The notes under the pieces are model-generated. The model saw only the letters and a program-made list of their open reading frames with translations, was not told where the DNA came from and ran no database searches. Shown piece by piece: positions 11,101-23,800 of a stretch of DNA of 64,000 nt. Source of the DNA: Macrostomum lignano (lineage: Eukaryota); the NCBI GenBank assembly GCA_002269645.1, contig NIVC01001367.1, positions 124,001 through 188,000 on the forward strand, written 5' to 3'. Position 1 is the first letter of the stretch. Each line of letters opens with the position of its first letter. The position numbers and the translations under genes were made by a program.

Positions 11101-14100
11101 GTGACTCAAGTCTCCTGCCGCAGCTGACTGAGGGAAGTTCTGCTTGGCCTGAACATCTTCAAGCCGCTGCGTCATTGCACTTTGCAGCACATTTATTAAT
11201 ATGCCCCCTGCTGCTGTTTAGCACTGCTGACAAACTGTCACCCGATGCAGAGCACGTGACCGGCCTGCAAAACTGCCAGGAAATGCTGTCTGTAATTATC
11301 AAATGATGGTGTTGCAGTCCTCCATAGACCCTCCCAGCCCTCCCCCAGTGCCATGGCTTGTCACGCGAAAAATTCTGTCAGCTGCCAAAATTTTCAACAA
11401 TTTTTTATGCTTCAACTTTTATGCGTAGCCAGCAGGCAGGGGGACACTGCAAGGTCAGGCTTGCCAATGGCTGACCACCCCCGCACCCGCAGGCTTCCAG
11501 AGCAAGGAGCACGTGCGCCGCTACCTGGAGGGCCAGACCTACATAGAGGAGATGCAGAGCTTCGTTGAGGCCGCTAATTACAAAACCTCCCGCGACCTCG
11601 AGCCGCACGACTCCGGCGGCAGTGGCGGCGGCGGTCTGGTGGCCGCTTCTGGCGCCGGCATCCACCAGCACGACTCGCTGCGGCTGCCCGAAGGCTCCGA
11701 GCCGGGCCACCGGGGCCGTCTGGACAGTCAGGGCTCCGACTCCAGGACCTCGGCTGGCCACAGGAAGTCCAAGAGCTTCAGCGATGCGTGAGTGTCAGCT
11801 GGGAGCCTCATGCTTACCCCCTGCTGGTCAGAGTTCTCTCAACCGGAACCAGCTGCCCTGCTGCTCATTGTCTGCCCGTCTGTCTGCAGCCTCTCCCCTG
11901 CATCATCAGCATTATTTATTGCCTTCCGGGCCTGTCGTCTCCGCGCTGCCTGCCAGCCTCAGCCAGGGAGGGCACTGATTTATTGCCCCTGCTGGCCTGT
12001 CATTATTCTCGCATTATTTTATTCGCAATCTGTTCTGGAGGGGGTGCAGTTTCGACTCATGCGGTGTTCCATAGAGCTGAAAAGTGCATCGCGTCCTTCA
12101 TATTTCTAACCGATTCCCCTGGTAAGCGAACTCAGCAAACACTCGCGCTCCCCTTCACTCTCTGTAGCGGCGGACAGCAGGTTGTTCGGCCAGCCGATGA
12201 GCCAGAGTAAGAGAGAGCGCTCCTGAGCACATGATTAACTGTCTCACTTGTTGTGCGGCTGTTCATTTCTGTTGTGCCATCTCGTAGCTTCTGTCTGTCT
12301 GTTTATTTATTCTGCTTAGCCTTTGTATTTTTGTTTCTTATAAACTGCTTTTCACGGCTTTGATTTTCAGTTTAGCGCGCACAGTTTAATTTCTAACCCG
12401 GTTTGTTTCGCCTGCCTGCCAGCGGCGGCAAAAGTTCCCGCTGTCACTTGCGCACCAGAGATAAAGCGGTCGGGGGCATTGCGTCACTTGGCAAGGCCGC
12501 TCCGGAGGCCTCCCCCCCCCTGGGGCCCACGCGGCCCCTGCGTGGTCGCCGCCCACTGCCTCTCCCCGTGTCTTTCCGGCCGTCCCTGCCCTCCCCCTCC
12601 TGAATTCCCCCGCCTCCCCCTGCACGCCAGCCTGTGTAAAAAAGGGCGGCGGCAGCAGCTGCTGGCCGGTGGGGAGCGGGGCAGAAACTGCGGCTGGGGT
12701 GAGAGATTGCCAGACAGAGGGGCGATAAAGCCTCCCACAAGCCGTATCTGCTGCTGCCGCTCTCTCCCCACCCTGTTCGTCACAGCAGACGGCTTTGCCC
12801 CCCAGGGGGCAGAGAGGCAAGGAGTGTCTGGCGCAGCAGTTTGGAATTTGAGAGACCGCCCCCCCCCCGCCTGCCAGTCCCAATATGGCCTGGCCAAGGC
12901 GCTTGCATTTCTGTGTGGGTGTCGCGTGAATTTGTGCCGCTCTGCAACTTAAGTATCTTTATTGGGCCGGTCTGATATTAATAATGCTAATTATTTATTA
13001 TTCTTGTTGGAGTCGCCTTGCAGCTCTCTCGGTTTTATTACTGTTTTTGGCACCGAGCCAGGGGGGCGCGGAGGCCATGGGAAGCTGCAGGCCTGGCGGC
13101 CGCGATTTCTCTTCACCCCCCCCCCTCTCGCCTGTTCGCTGCGGCGATCCCTGCTGCCCCGGGGGCAGCTAATCTTTGCCGCTGCTCCTCCAAGAAGCTC
13201 TCAGCGCTTGCCTGAACTGTTTTTTTATGTTGCAGATTCTGTCTCTCCCGCGACCTCTTCCCACTGGAGAGCCGCCGCGGTTGCTGCTTTCTGTTTGCTT
13301 TACTTTTGCCGTTCAAACAAGGCGCAAAGTGGGGGGCGAAGGCGAGAATCACACAAATTGTATATTCAGCGGGAACAATCGTCTGTTTGCTTTGCACTGC
13401 TGGGTGTCCCCGCCTGAGAATTCTCTTCTTCATTCTTTCCGCCTGTCTGCCCGATTCCATTAATAATCCTTTCTCTTCTACTGCTGCTGCTGATGCGGAC
13501 GGGACGGGGACTGTGACCGGGACTATGACCGGGACTATGGCTGGGGCTGAGATCGGGACTGTGACCGGGACTATGGCTGGGGCTGAGATCGGGACTGTGA
13601 CCGGGACTATGGCTGGGGCTGAGATCGGGACTGTGACCGGGACTATGGCTGGGGCTGAGATCGGGACTGTGACCGGGACTATGGCTGGGACTGAGATCGG
13701 GACTGTGACCGGGACTATGGCTGGGGCTGAGATCGGGACTGTGACCGGGACTATGGCTGGGGCTGAGATCGGGACTATGACAGGGACTAGGGCTGGGGCT
13801 GAGTTCGGGACTATGACAGGAACCGGGACTCTGCCGGCTTCCTGGGCCTCGCCCTGGCCGACCCAAACTCGCCTGGCCTCCCTGCGGGGGGCGGGGCCGG
13901 CTGGCCAAGCGGACACCCGCTCCGCCCCCCGCCCCGCCCCCGCCCCGCCTCCTCCCTGCTCTCTGCTCCCGCGCCTGCCTGTCTTCTCTTCTCACCGTCT
14001 CAAGAACCCCCCCCCCGACAGTTTGCACTATTTCCTTGCTATATTTACTAAAATGGTTGAGCTGCGGGCCCAGACAGGCCGCAGCGGCAAATGAATTGAG

Positions 14101-17100
14101 CTGGGAGAAACGGAGACAGGAATCGGTACTGGGGGGGGGGGGATTAATCGATCTGCGTCCTTAGCCAGGGACTGTGCGGTCCAAGTGGGCTGTCCAGGCC
14201 ACTGGAATGCGGAGCGCCGGGGCCTGGCCTGCTCCCAGGGTCTTCATAAGGAACTGCAGTAGCCGTGCATTTTTGTTCTTCAAGTGTTGCCTTGTCTTAG
14301 CCTTCTGCCCAGCGACATTTGCTGGGATTTTGCTTGGGGAAATTCCAGGCAGTTTCCATTCCCCTGCGCATTATCAGCGGTGCACTGTGCCACCGTGTGC
14401 AGTGGCTCGTTGCCATCAGTTCGCGGTGCACTTTGCCACCGTGTGCAGTGGCTCGTTGCCATCAGTTCGCGGTGCACTTTGCCACCGTGTGCAGTGGCTC
14501 GTTGCCATCAGTTCGCGGTGCACTTTGCCACCGTGTGCAGTGGCTCGTTGCCATCAGTTCGCGGTGCACCTCTGCCCGTGTCTACCTGGCCTCCCCGCAC
14601 AGAAATCAAATCTGCGGCGTCCATCCCCAATCCCAGCGGGGCTTTCCGGATCCCCGCGGGTGCTTTGGGTGGCCGCTGAGGGAGTCTGGACCAGACGGCA
14701 GAGTGCAAAGCTGTCATTCATGCTGTACTGCGCTCCTCCATTTTTAGAAAGCGCCATCATTCTCGGTAACTTGCTGCCCGGCAGTGTTATTCAATAACTT
14801 GGCTGCTGGACTCCTGTTTCTGTTTTACCTGCTTCCACTATTCGCTGCGCTCTCGATTGCAATAATAATCAATATGTTGCACTTTTAGCATAAGCCCAGA
14901 TCCCGGTTTGGGATCTGCAGATATGCACTACTGACTGCCGCTATGTGCAGTAGTAGTATGTGTACCAGTATTCCTGTGTTTTTCCCGCGCAGTGTGCACA
15001 ACTTATTGTCACTTTTTTTGTAGCATTTTTTCTGTAGCTTTTTAATTTCTCAGTACTGGATGAACTGAGAGTCAGTGCTGAGCAGTTTGATGAGTCTGTG
15101 GCGAGCAATTTGAATAAGTGCTGAACAGTTTGAGTCTGTGCTGAGTAGTTTGAGTCTGTGCTGAGCAGTTTGAGTTTGTGCTGAGCAGTTTGAGTCAGTG
15201 CTGAGCAGCTTGAGTCTGTGCTGAGCAGTTTGAGTCAGTGCTGAGCAGCTTGAGTCTGTGCTGAGCAGTTTGAGTCTGTGCTGAGCAGCTTGAGTCAGTG
15301 CTGAGCAGTTTGAGTCTGTGCTGAGCAGTTTGAGTCTGTGCTGAGCAGTTTGAGTCAGTGCTAAGTAATTTGAGTCCGTGCTGGGTAGTTTGAGTCAGTG
15401 CTGAGTAGTTTGAGTCAGTGCTGAGTAGTTTGAGTCGGTGCTTTAATATGGTATTCAATATCGACTCAGTGAATGCGTGAATCATTACCCAATAGCCAGT
15501 AAGGCAGAAAGCAGCACCAACTGCACTCTTCACCGTCTCCATCCCCGAACTCCACCATCCCGCAGCTCTGTTGTCGGCTGCTGCTCGGCTACCCCAGTGC
15601 AGCAGGCCGGCGTGCAGCGGCACCTCACCATCGGGCCGAACTCGGAAATCCACCACAGGAATCTCATTGACGACTCGCCTGCATTTGCCAGTGAGTGTCC
15701 GATCAGCTCCCCACTTGATTGCATTCCCGCCCGCCTGTCTATCCCTTTCCCAGACTCTGTCCGACATCATTCCTCAGGGTAAGCCTTTGCTTTCCCCATT
15801 TGATCTTTTTCTTTCAGCAGCTTCAACCGCAGCCTCCCATATCCTGGCCTCCCATTTCGCCTCCGACAAGGGGATTTCTCATCCTGTTCGCCTCGGGGGA
15901 GGCGGAAGCAAAAGCAGAAGATGCATCTCCCAGGCCGCCGACAGCTGTCGCCTTCCTGCCCTTCCATGCCCCCCCCCCCAGATTCCCGACTTGTTTTTCA
16001 CCCCCTGTCAGATCCCGAATCCCCGCCTGCAAATCCGCCGCCCCCGCTCCGCTCCCCAGCCGGCTGCGCATGCGCGGTCACCCCGGCCGCGTCGGCCGCT
16101 TGCGACCGGTCGCTGGGCCAGCTGAGCTCCTGCAGTCAGTCGCCCAACGCGTCGGCGACTCCGCTGATGTCCGGCCTGGCTGTCCGCGGCGCCGCCTCCG
16201 TCGCGCCAAATCGGCAAATCGAAGAGGCGCTCAGAATGGCGCCAGTGATCTGCCAGGGCGCGCTCCAGCGCAAGGTGGTGTACAAGAGCGGCCGGAAGCA
16301 GACCCGGTCCAGCTACGTCCGTTTCTGGGCGGAGCTGGTTGTCACCGAGAACGGCAGTCACCCGCTGATCCGGCTGTACGCCGCCGCCAAGCCCTTCGCC
16401 AGCGACAGGCGCGAAGACTTCAAGCGGCAGTGCAAGAAGCAGCAGGACCTCAGCGACGCTTCCGTAGTTGTTTTTGAGAACACCAGCCAGTGCAGCGACC
16501 CAGAGCACACCTTCCAGATCAACTTTGACCTCTCTGGTGAGCTGGCGGACTGCTGCGGGATATGATATGTCTGGGGGTATGGGATTTCTAAGTTGGGAGA
16601 CGCTTGGGGTGTCTGGATAAATTTTAGTCTGGGGAAATGAGATACCTCAGGACTGCAAATGCTGTCCCTACACTTCAGGACTGTACAGTGTTGGGACTGT
16701 ACTGTGTGGGACTGTACTGTGTGGGTACTGTACTGTGTGGGGGCTGTACAGTGTGGGGGCTGTACTGTGTGGGACTGTACTGTGTGGGACTGTACTGTGT
16801 GGGGGCTGTACAGTGTGGGGGCTGTACTGTGTGGGGACTGTACTGTGTGGGGACTGTACTGTGTGGGACTGTACTGTGTGGGTACTGTACTGTGTGGGGG
16901 CTGTACTGTGTGGGACTGTACTGTGTGGGACTGTACTGTGTGGGGGCTGTACAGTGTGGGGGCTGTACTGTGTGGGACTGTACAATGTGGGGACTGTACA
17001 GTAAGGGACTACTGTGTGGGGGCTGTGCAGGGTGGGGGCTGTACTGTGTGGGACTGTACAGTGTGGGGCTGTACTGTGTGGGGGCTGTACAGTGTTAGGG

Positions 17101-18092
17101 TTGTACAGGGTGGGGGCTGTACAGTTGGCGTTGGCGGGTGTAACAAAGCGGAGCTTGTTGAGCAGTCCACTCCAGCAGCAAGGGCACCCCAGTGAGGCAA
17201 TCCAAAGCCGCTCCGGCCACTTGAGGGCGTAGGAAACTTCTACAGCAGCGGCTTCCATTTAAGGCGGCGGGGCAATTCTCAGCCGATGAACCCGAGGGGG
17301 GGGAGCTTTTATCAGCAGGTGCTCCGGCCTGAGTCACCTGTGCGCCCCCGCTGTGCTCGGAACTGGCTGCTCACAGCGGCGGGAAAGATAAGCCCCATTT
17401 GACTTGTTATGCAACTTGAAGAGCGGAAATCTTTGACCTTCGGTTAGGATTCTTTGACCTTCAGTTCTTCCGGCTCTGGTCCGCTCCGGTTGCAGCCGTG
17501 CCAGGTATCCAATGGATGCATTGTTTGCTTGTGTGTCGCCTTTAGGCTAAATCTGAATTTCAAATTGCAAATTTAGCATCAAGAGATGCCGGATGCGCCC
17601 GCCTGCTAGCAGTTGAAATTCTGCTTATCAGCGCCCGCTTACAGCCCTTGCCGTTCGTCAGTTATTATGCTGCCATTTCTAAGAATAGTGTCCGCTTGAT
17701 TTACTGGAAACTGCCGGCGCGAAAACTTTTGAAGGGGATATTTCCGAGGGGATTCTCAAGTCCGCCAACCCCCCCCCCCCCCGCCGGCCGCAGACCGGGT
17801 CGGCAGCTTCCGGCTGAACTCCTCGGAGGGCAAGTTCTGCAGCTACAAATACCGCGTGAGCCCCGGCAGCCGCAGGCAGACGCGCGACTTCTGGGTGGCG
17901 CAGATCAAGCGTGCCATCCAGCAGAGCAAGAAGGAGAAGTCGCTCATCGACTTCGAGGAGGACTCCGCGGAGGCCGGGGCCGCCGCTGCCGCACCGTCTG
18001 GCGTGGCGGCGAAGCGGGCGGCTGCGGGCAACCTGAACAACAACCGCAGCGAGAGCAGCCTGCACGTGATCGAGGAGAGCACCCAGCTGTGA
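8184..18092 (+). CDS. RALGPS: Ral GEF with CDC25/RasGEF domain and C-terminal PH domain (RalGPS family), multi-exon
   Basis: Phase-consistent GT-AG exons: 8184-9048, 10857-10988, 11493-11787, 15566-15690, 16060-16536, 17794-18092, plus possible micro-exons at 12075-12121 and 12168-12206. The RasGEF domain reads [18 protein letters not shown]...PVIPYLG|[10 protein letters not shown]...[12 protein letters not shown] with no REM domain. The PH domain reads [28 protein letters not shown]...[10 protein letters not shown]. The start is uncertain; the first in-frame ATG is near 8316. Confidence 0.9.
9078..9555. repeat. 22-bp purine-rich minisatellite in a RalGPS intron
   Basis: Unit ggaaggaagcagggaatggcga. 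Confidence 0.95.
10340..10775. repeat. About 21-bp minisatellite in a RalGPS intron
   Basis: Unit aaccagtgcagtaagccc(agc/atc/acc). Confidence 0.93.
13505..13825. repeat. 36-bp minisatellite, about 8 copies
   Basis: Unit gggactgtgaccgggactatggctggggctgagatc. Confidence 0.93.
14380..14568. repeat. 46-bp tandem repeat, 4 copies
   Basis: Unit cactttgccaccgtgtgcagtggctcgttgccatcagttcgcggtg. Confidence 0.93.
15065..15442. repeat. 20-bp minisatellite
   Basis: Unit tgagtc(t/a)gtgctgagcagtt. Confidence 0.92.
16675..17125. repeat. About 15-17-bp minisatellite
   Basis: Unit gggactgtactgtgt and variants. Confidence 0.9.
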
Positions 18093-18684
18093 CCGGGGCT
18101 CGGAGTTCTCTCTGCTGCTTGATCTCCTCTGTTTGCATATAGATGATCTAGGCGAGCTTTTCTCATTGCAGCCTACTGACTATTCAGTTATTAGTAATAC
18201 TTGCGCAATTTTATAACTGTAATTCTTTGCAATCGGCTCCCATTAAGGCCTACGGTTTTTGTTCACCGCCATCCAACCCCTGTCGCCCCCAGTTTTCTCC
18301 GGCAGGCTAGGTTTTTTATTATATTATAGCAAATACCCTGTTTTACCTGCGCACCGCTTCATGGCTGCCAGTTTGTTTCACTTTGCGCTCCAGCAGATAC
18401 CATTTATACTCAAATTCTCTTTTTATGCTGTTTTTGTTCTCCGCTTGCTGTTTGCGCACCCTGCCTTTTGCGCTGATCTCTGTGCTGGTCTCTGTCCTCT
18501 GTGTAACATTTTTGCTTCTTGTTATCTCAACTTTTTAGCCTATTGCGCAATAGTTGTTTGGCGAGCCAAAGTAACTGATTTGCCCCACCCTCCGGCCTCC
18601 TCAGGTGAGCTGGGCACCCAAACAAAATATTCACTGCGCTCTCCTGATCTCCTGATCCAGAAATCTATAATTGTTCTCAAAACG

Positions 18685-19170
18685 TCACGAAAACCTCAAC
18701 CCCATGAGAACCTCAGAGCCCCATGGGAACCCTCAGAAAGCCATTAGAACCCCAGAATGTCATGTGAACCTCAGAAAGCCATGAGAACCCTCAGAATGTC
18801 ACGAGAACCTCAGAACCTCATGAGAACCCCCAGAAAGCCATGAGAACCCTCAGAATGTCACGAGAACCTCAGAACCTCATGAGAACCCTCAGAAAGCCAC
18901 GAGAACCCTCAGAACGTCACGAGAACCTCAGAACCTCATGAGAACCCCCAGAAAGCCATGAGAACCCTCAGAACGTCACGAGAACCTCAGAACTTCATGA
19001 GAACCCCCAGAAAGCCATGAGAACCCTCAGAACGTCATGAGAACCTCAGAACCTCATGAGAAGCCCAGGGCACCATGAAAACCCTAAAAAGTATAAGAAC
19101 CCTGGGAACGCCATGAGAACCTGAGAATGCCATGAGAACCCTCAGAACGCCATGAGAACCCCCAGAACGC
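18685..19170. repeat. Degenerate 17-21-bp minisatellite with higher-order period
   Basis: catgagaaccctcagaa variants. Confidence 0.88.
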
Positions 19171-19727
19171 CAAGTTCACCTACCCACTGACCGCCCCTGA
19201 TGACCCGCCCACAGACCGGGCCGCCCCACTGCACACTGAAGCTGCCGTCTCCCAGCCGTGTACATAGCCCGAGCACATGCATATAGCGCACCACACCGCC
19301 GCCCTACCGTATCAATTTTGCTTCGCTCTCAGACCCCGCTAATTTGCCGCATTATCAAGGTGCAATTCTGACTGTCGCCAGCCAACCCATTGTTACCCTT
19401 CCACCGCCTCTGGTTTTACCTGTTGCTTTTTTCTATGAGCAATGACCCTACTATTCATATGAGCTTCTTCTGCCGATGGCTTTCCCTCCGATCGAACCAA
19501 TGCCCCGCTGTTTATTGACTGTTCATTAACTGTTTGTGTACAGAATTACACTCCTGTTCGCCCTCACCGCCTCATCTCCTGGCGCCTGGCTTTACTAAAC
19601 TTTTAATTAACCTGGGCCGCTGCTGGCTGGCTTTTCCTGGCTTCTGCCTTCATTTCCTGTGCGCACCTGCTGCGGTTTATTAGATTATAGCTTAGATAGC
19701 TTAGATGACTGCCTCACTTAAGGTAGA

Positions 19728-20578
19728 GTATTGCATCACTAGGGTGGATTGCTGCATCACTAGGGCAAATTGTTGCATCACTAGGGTGGATTATTGCATC
19801 ATCAGGGTAGATTATTGTATCATTAGGGTGGGTTATTGCATCACTAGGGTAGATTATTGTATCATTAGGGTGGATTTTTGCATCACTAGGGTAGATTATT
19901 GCATCACTAGGGTAGATTATTGTATCATAAGGGTGGGTTATTGCATCACTAGGGTAGATTATTGTATCATAAGGGTGGGTTATTGCATCACTAGGGTAGA
20001 TTATTGTATCATAAGGGTGGGTTATTGCATCACTAGGGTAGGTTATTGTATCATAAGGGTGGATTATTGCATCACTAGGGTAGATTATTGTATCATTAGG
20101 GTGGGTTATTGCATCACTAGGGTGGATTTTTGCATCACTAGGGTAGATTATTGCATCACTAGGGTAGATTATTGCATCACTAGGGTAGATTATTGCATCA
20201 CTAGGGTGGGTTATTGCATCACTAGGGTAGATTATTGCATCATAAGGGTGGGTTATTGCATCACTAGGGTAGATTATTGTATCATAAGGGTGGATTATTG
20301 CATCACTAGGGTAGATTATTGTATCATTAGGGTGGGTTATTGCATCACTAGGGTGGATTGTTGCATCACTAGGGTGGATTTTTGCATCACTAGGGTAGAT
20401 TATTGTATCATTAGGGTGGATTTTTGCATCACTAGGGCAGATTATTGTATCATTAGGGTAGATTTTTGCATCACTAGGGCAGATTATTGTATCATTAGGG
20501 TGGATTATTGCATCACTAGGGTAGATTATTGTATCATTAGGGTGGGTTATTGCATCACTAGGTCAGATTACTGCATCA
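19728..20578. repeat. 21-bp minisatellite, about 40 copies, upstream of FIGNL1
   Basis: Unit tattgcatcactagggtagat. Confidence 0.95.
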
Positions 20579-20852
20579 ATACGTGGGACACGTGTTAAAT
20601 ATAAATGTTTACAATACAACACCATACCGAGCAGCTGCAGCGCATACCAGGTTGCATGGTTGCGTCACCAAACTGCTCATATTCAACCGGGTCCTCAGTA
20701 GGCCCGTATAGTAATAATCATTTAAGCTGGAGAACTTTTTAAACATTTTTCTGACAGTCTGCTTTAAGTGCAGCTGAACAGAAATAGCATTTCACATGTA
20801 ACTCGAGTTTTTAATTAAAAAGAACTGGTATCCATGGCAAATCTCAGTTGCT

Positions 20853-23800
20853 ATGGCTGCATTCGAAGCAGATTTCACCAGAACATCCTCGCTCCCGACT
20901 CTGCAGTCCCAGCCTGCCGAGCCCCGTCAGCAGCAGCTGCGCCAGGTGCAGGCCGTGCACTGCCTGGACGCTGAGCTGCTCCGCTGCCCCCGGGGCAACC
21001 CGGAGCTTCGCGCCCGCCTCCTCCGCTGCCGTGCCTTTGCCCTCGCCGACTCGCCGTCGGGCGACCTGGCGCTGAACTGCCCGCTGGCCGGCGCCGCCCT
21101 GGACGCTTACGCGGCCGAGGTGGACAGCCTGCAGCCCGGCAGCCTCAACAACTTCGCCGATGCGGCCTTGAAGCTGGCGGCGGGCTGCCAGAACCGCGCC
21201 GCCGAGTGGCAGTCTGCGCTTGGCCCCGCCGCGCTGGACGGCCTGCTGGCGCCCTGCCGAGAGGCTGCGCCGCCAGCCACGGATGGCGGAGTCCGGCTTG
21301 GCGATCCCGTCGATGTCGAGCAGCGACTGCGCCAGGCGCAGCAGCAGCTGAAGAAGCAACAGGAGCCGCAGCGGCCACCGCCGCAAATTCAGAAACCGCC
21401 GCATCAGCATGCGCCAAACCGCGGAAGCTCCTTCGTCAGCGACAGTGGCGGTGGCAGCGGCGGCAGCGCCCTCCGTCCGCTGTTTGCCAGGCAGCAGCCG
21501 CCGCCTCCGCAGCCTCAGCCGCCGCAGCCTCCGGCCGCCGCTGGCCGTCCGCCGGCCCCGTCAGCCTTTGTGACGGCCAGGCGGCAGCTGCAAATCGATG
21601 CCGCCAAAACTGGCGGCGGAGGGGGCGGCGGCCCCGCCAAGCGGTCGCTGGGACCCAGCCGGCGGACGCCGACCTCCGGCTTCGTGCCGCCGTTCTCTCG
21701 TTCGAAGGCTGCCTCGCCACCGCCGCAGGAGCAGCAGCAGCAGAGGCCGCCGCAGCCCGCCGCCGCTGAGCCGGAGCTCTCCGAGGCGGCGGCCCTGGTG
21801 CAGGAGGACGAGCGCCTTCGCGGCCTGGACGTGAAGCTGGTGGAGACGATCCTGCGCGAGGTCATGGACTCGGCGCCCAGCATCGGCTGGGACGACATTG
21901 CCGGCCTGGAGTTCGCCAAAGCCACCATCAAGGAGATCATCGTGTTCCCCATGCTGCGGCCCGACATCTTCACCGGCATCCGCGGCCCGCCCAAGGGCCT
22001 CCTGCTGTTCGGGCCGCCCGGCACCGGCAAGTCGCTGATCGGCCGCTGCATCGCCTCGGTGTCCGGCGCCACCTTCTTCAACATCTCGGCCAGCAGCCTC
22101 ACCTCCAAGTGGGTGGGCGAGGGTGAGAAACTCGTCCGCGCCCTGTTCGCCGTGGCCCGCTGCCGCGCCCCCTCTGTGGTGTTCATCGACGAGGTCGACT
22201 CGCTGCTGTCGGCGCGCTCGGAGTCCGAGCACGAGTCCTCCCGACGGATGAAGACGGAGTTCCTCGTGCAGCTGGACGGTATCGGCACTGAGGCGGAGGA
22301 GCGCCTGCTGGTCATCGGCGCCACCAACCGGCCGCAGGAGCTGGACGACGCGGCCCGGCGGCGATTCGTCAAGCGGCTGTACATCCCGCTGCCCGAGGCC
22401 GTCGGCCGCCGGCAGATCGTCGAACGGATGTTGGTCGGTCAGAGCCACAGCCTGGCCGAGGCCGACATTGAACACATCGTGACCGCCACGGACGGCTACA
22501 GCGGGGCCGACGTGGCCAACCTGGTGGGTGGCCGGTCGCGGATCAGCGGTGGATAAGCTCCCTGTTTGCAGAGTGGTGGATAAGCTCCCTGTTTGCAGAG
22601 TGGTGGATAAGCTCCCTGTTTGCAGGGCGGTGGATAAGCTCCCTGTTTGCAGGGCGGTGGATAAGCTCCCTGTTTGCAGGGTGGTGGATAAGCTCCCTAT
22701 TTGCAGGGTGGTGGATAAGCTCCCTGTTTGCAGGGCGGTGGATAAGCTCCCGTGTTTGCAGGGCGGTGGATAAGTCCCTGTTTGCAGGGTGGTGGATAAG
22801 CTCCCTGTTTGCAGGGTGGTGGATAAGCTCCCTGTTTGCAGGGCGGTGGATAAGCTCCCTGTTTGCAGGGTGGTGATAAGCTCCCTATTTGCAGGGTGGT
22901 GGATAAGCTCCCTGTTTGCAGAGCGGTGGATAAGCTCCCGTGTTTGCAGGGCGGTGGATAAGTCCCTGTTTGCAGGGTGGTGGATAAGTCCCTGTTTGCA
23001 GGGTGGTGGATAAGCTCCCGTGTTTGCAGGGCGGTGGATAAGCTCCCTATTTGCAGGGTGGTGGATAAGTCCCTGTTTGCAGGGTGGTGGATAAGCTCCC
23101 GTGTTTGCAGGGCGGTGGATAAGCTCCCTATTTGCAGGGTGGTGGATAAGCTCCCGTGTTTGCAGGGCGGTGGATAAGCTCCCTATTTGCAGGGTGGTGA
23201 ATAAGCTCCCTGTTTGCAGGGCGGTGGATAAGCTCCCTATTTGCAGGGTGGTGGATAAGCTCCCTGTTTGCAGAGTGGTGGATAAGCTCCCTGTTTGCAG
23301 ACTCAAACGACTGCAATGTGATGAAGAGGCGACAGCTGAGTCACGAGCGCATCACATGAGTTGTAGAATCGTAAGAGTCGGAAAACGTCGTCCAAGAGTC
23401 GCCGTGTTGGCGCTTAACTTACTACTCACTCAAGTAGAATAAGTAGAGTTGCTTTACATTTTGAATGCGATTCAAATTCATATAGTGAAGATGCGCTTCA
23501 GCTGCAACTCAGGGACTCTACAGTGACCTCAAGGACCCCAGAGCCACCTGCATCGCCCCAGAGCCACTTGCATCGCCCCAGAGCCACTTGTATCGCTCCA
23601 GAGCCACTTGCATCGCCCCAGAGTCACTTGCATCGCCCCAGAGCCACCTGCATCGCCCCAGAGCCACTTGCATCGCCCCAGAGCCACTTGCATCGCCCCA
23701 GAGCCACCTGCATCGCCCCAGAGCCACTTCAAAGTCGCAGGCCACTCTGACAAATTTTTGGCAACTTTTACCGTGACGGCGTTTTAGAGTCAGTTCTTTC

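Noticed and set aside
13113-14094. Long ORFs on both strands ([24 protein letters not shown])
   Set aside because: They are produced by the 36-bp intronic array.
19820-20550. TTAGGG occurrences suggesting interstitial telomeric DNA
   Set aside because: They are isolated hexamers inside a 21-bp unit variant, never tandem.
19705-20598. 297-aa Cys-rich ORF (RVDYCIT)n
   Set aside because: It is the translation of a 21-bp minisatellite, with no splice context or unique domain.
21515-23306. Minus-strand ORFs of 289 and 581 aa over FIGNL1
   Set aside because: They are antisense shadows of a GC3-rich exon plus repeat translation.
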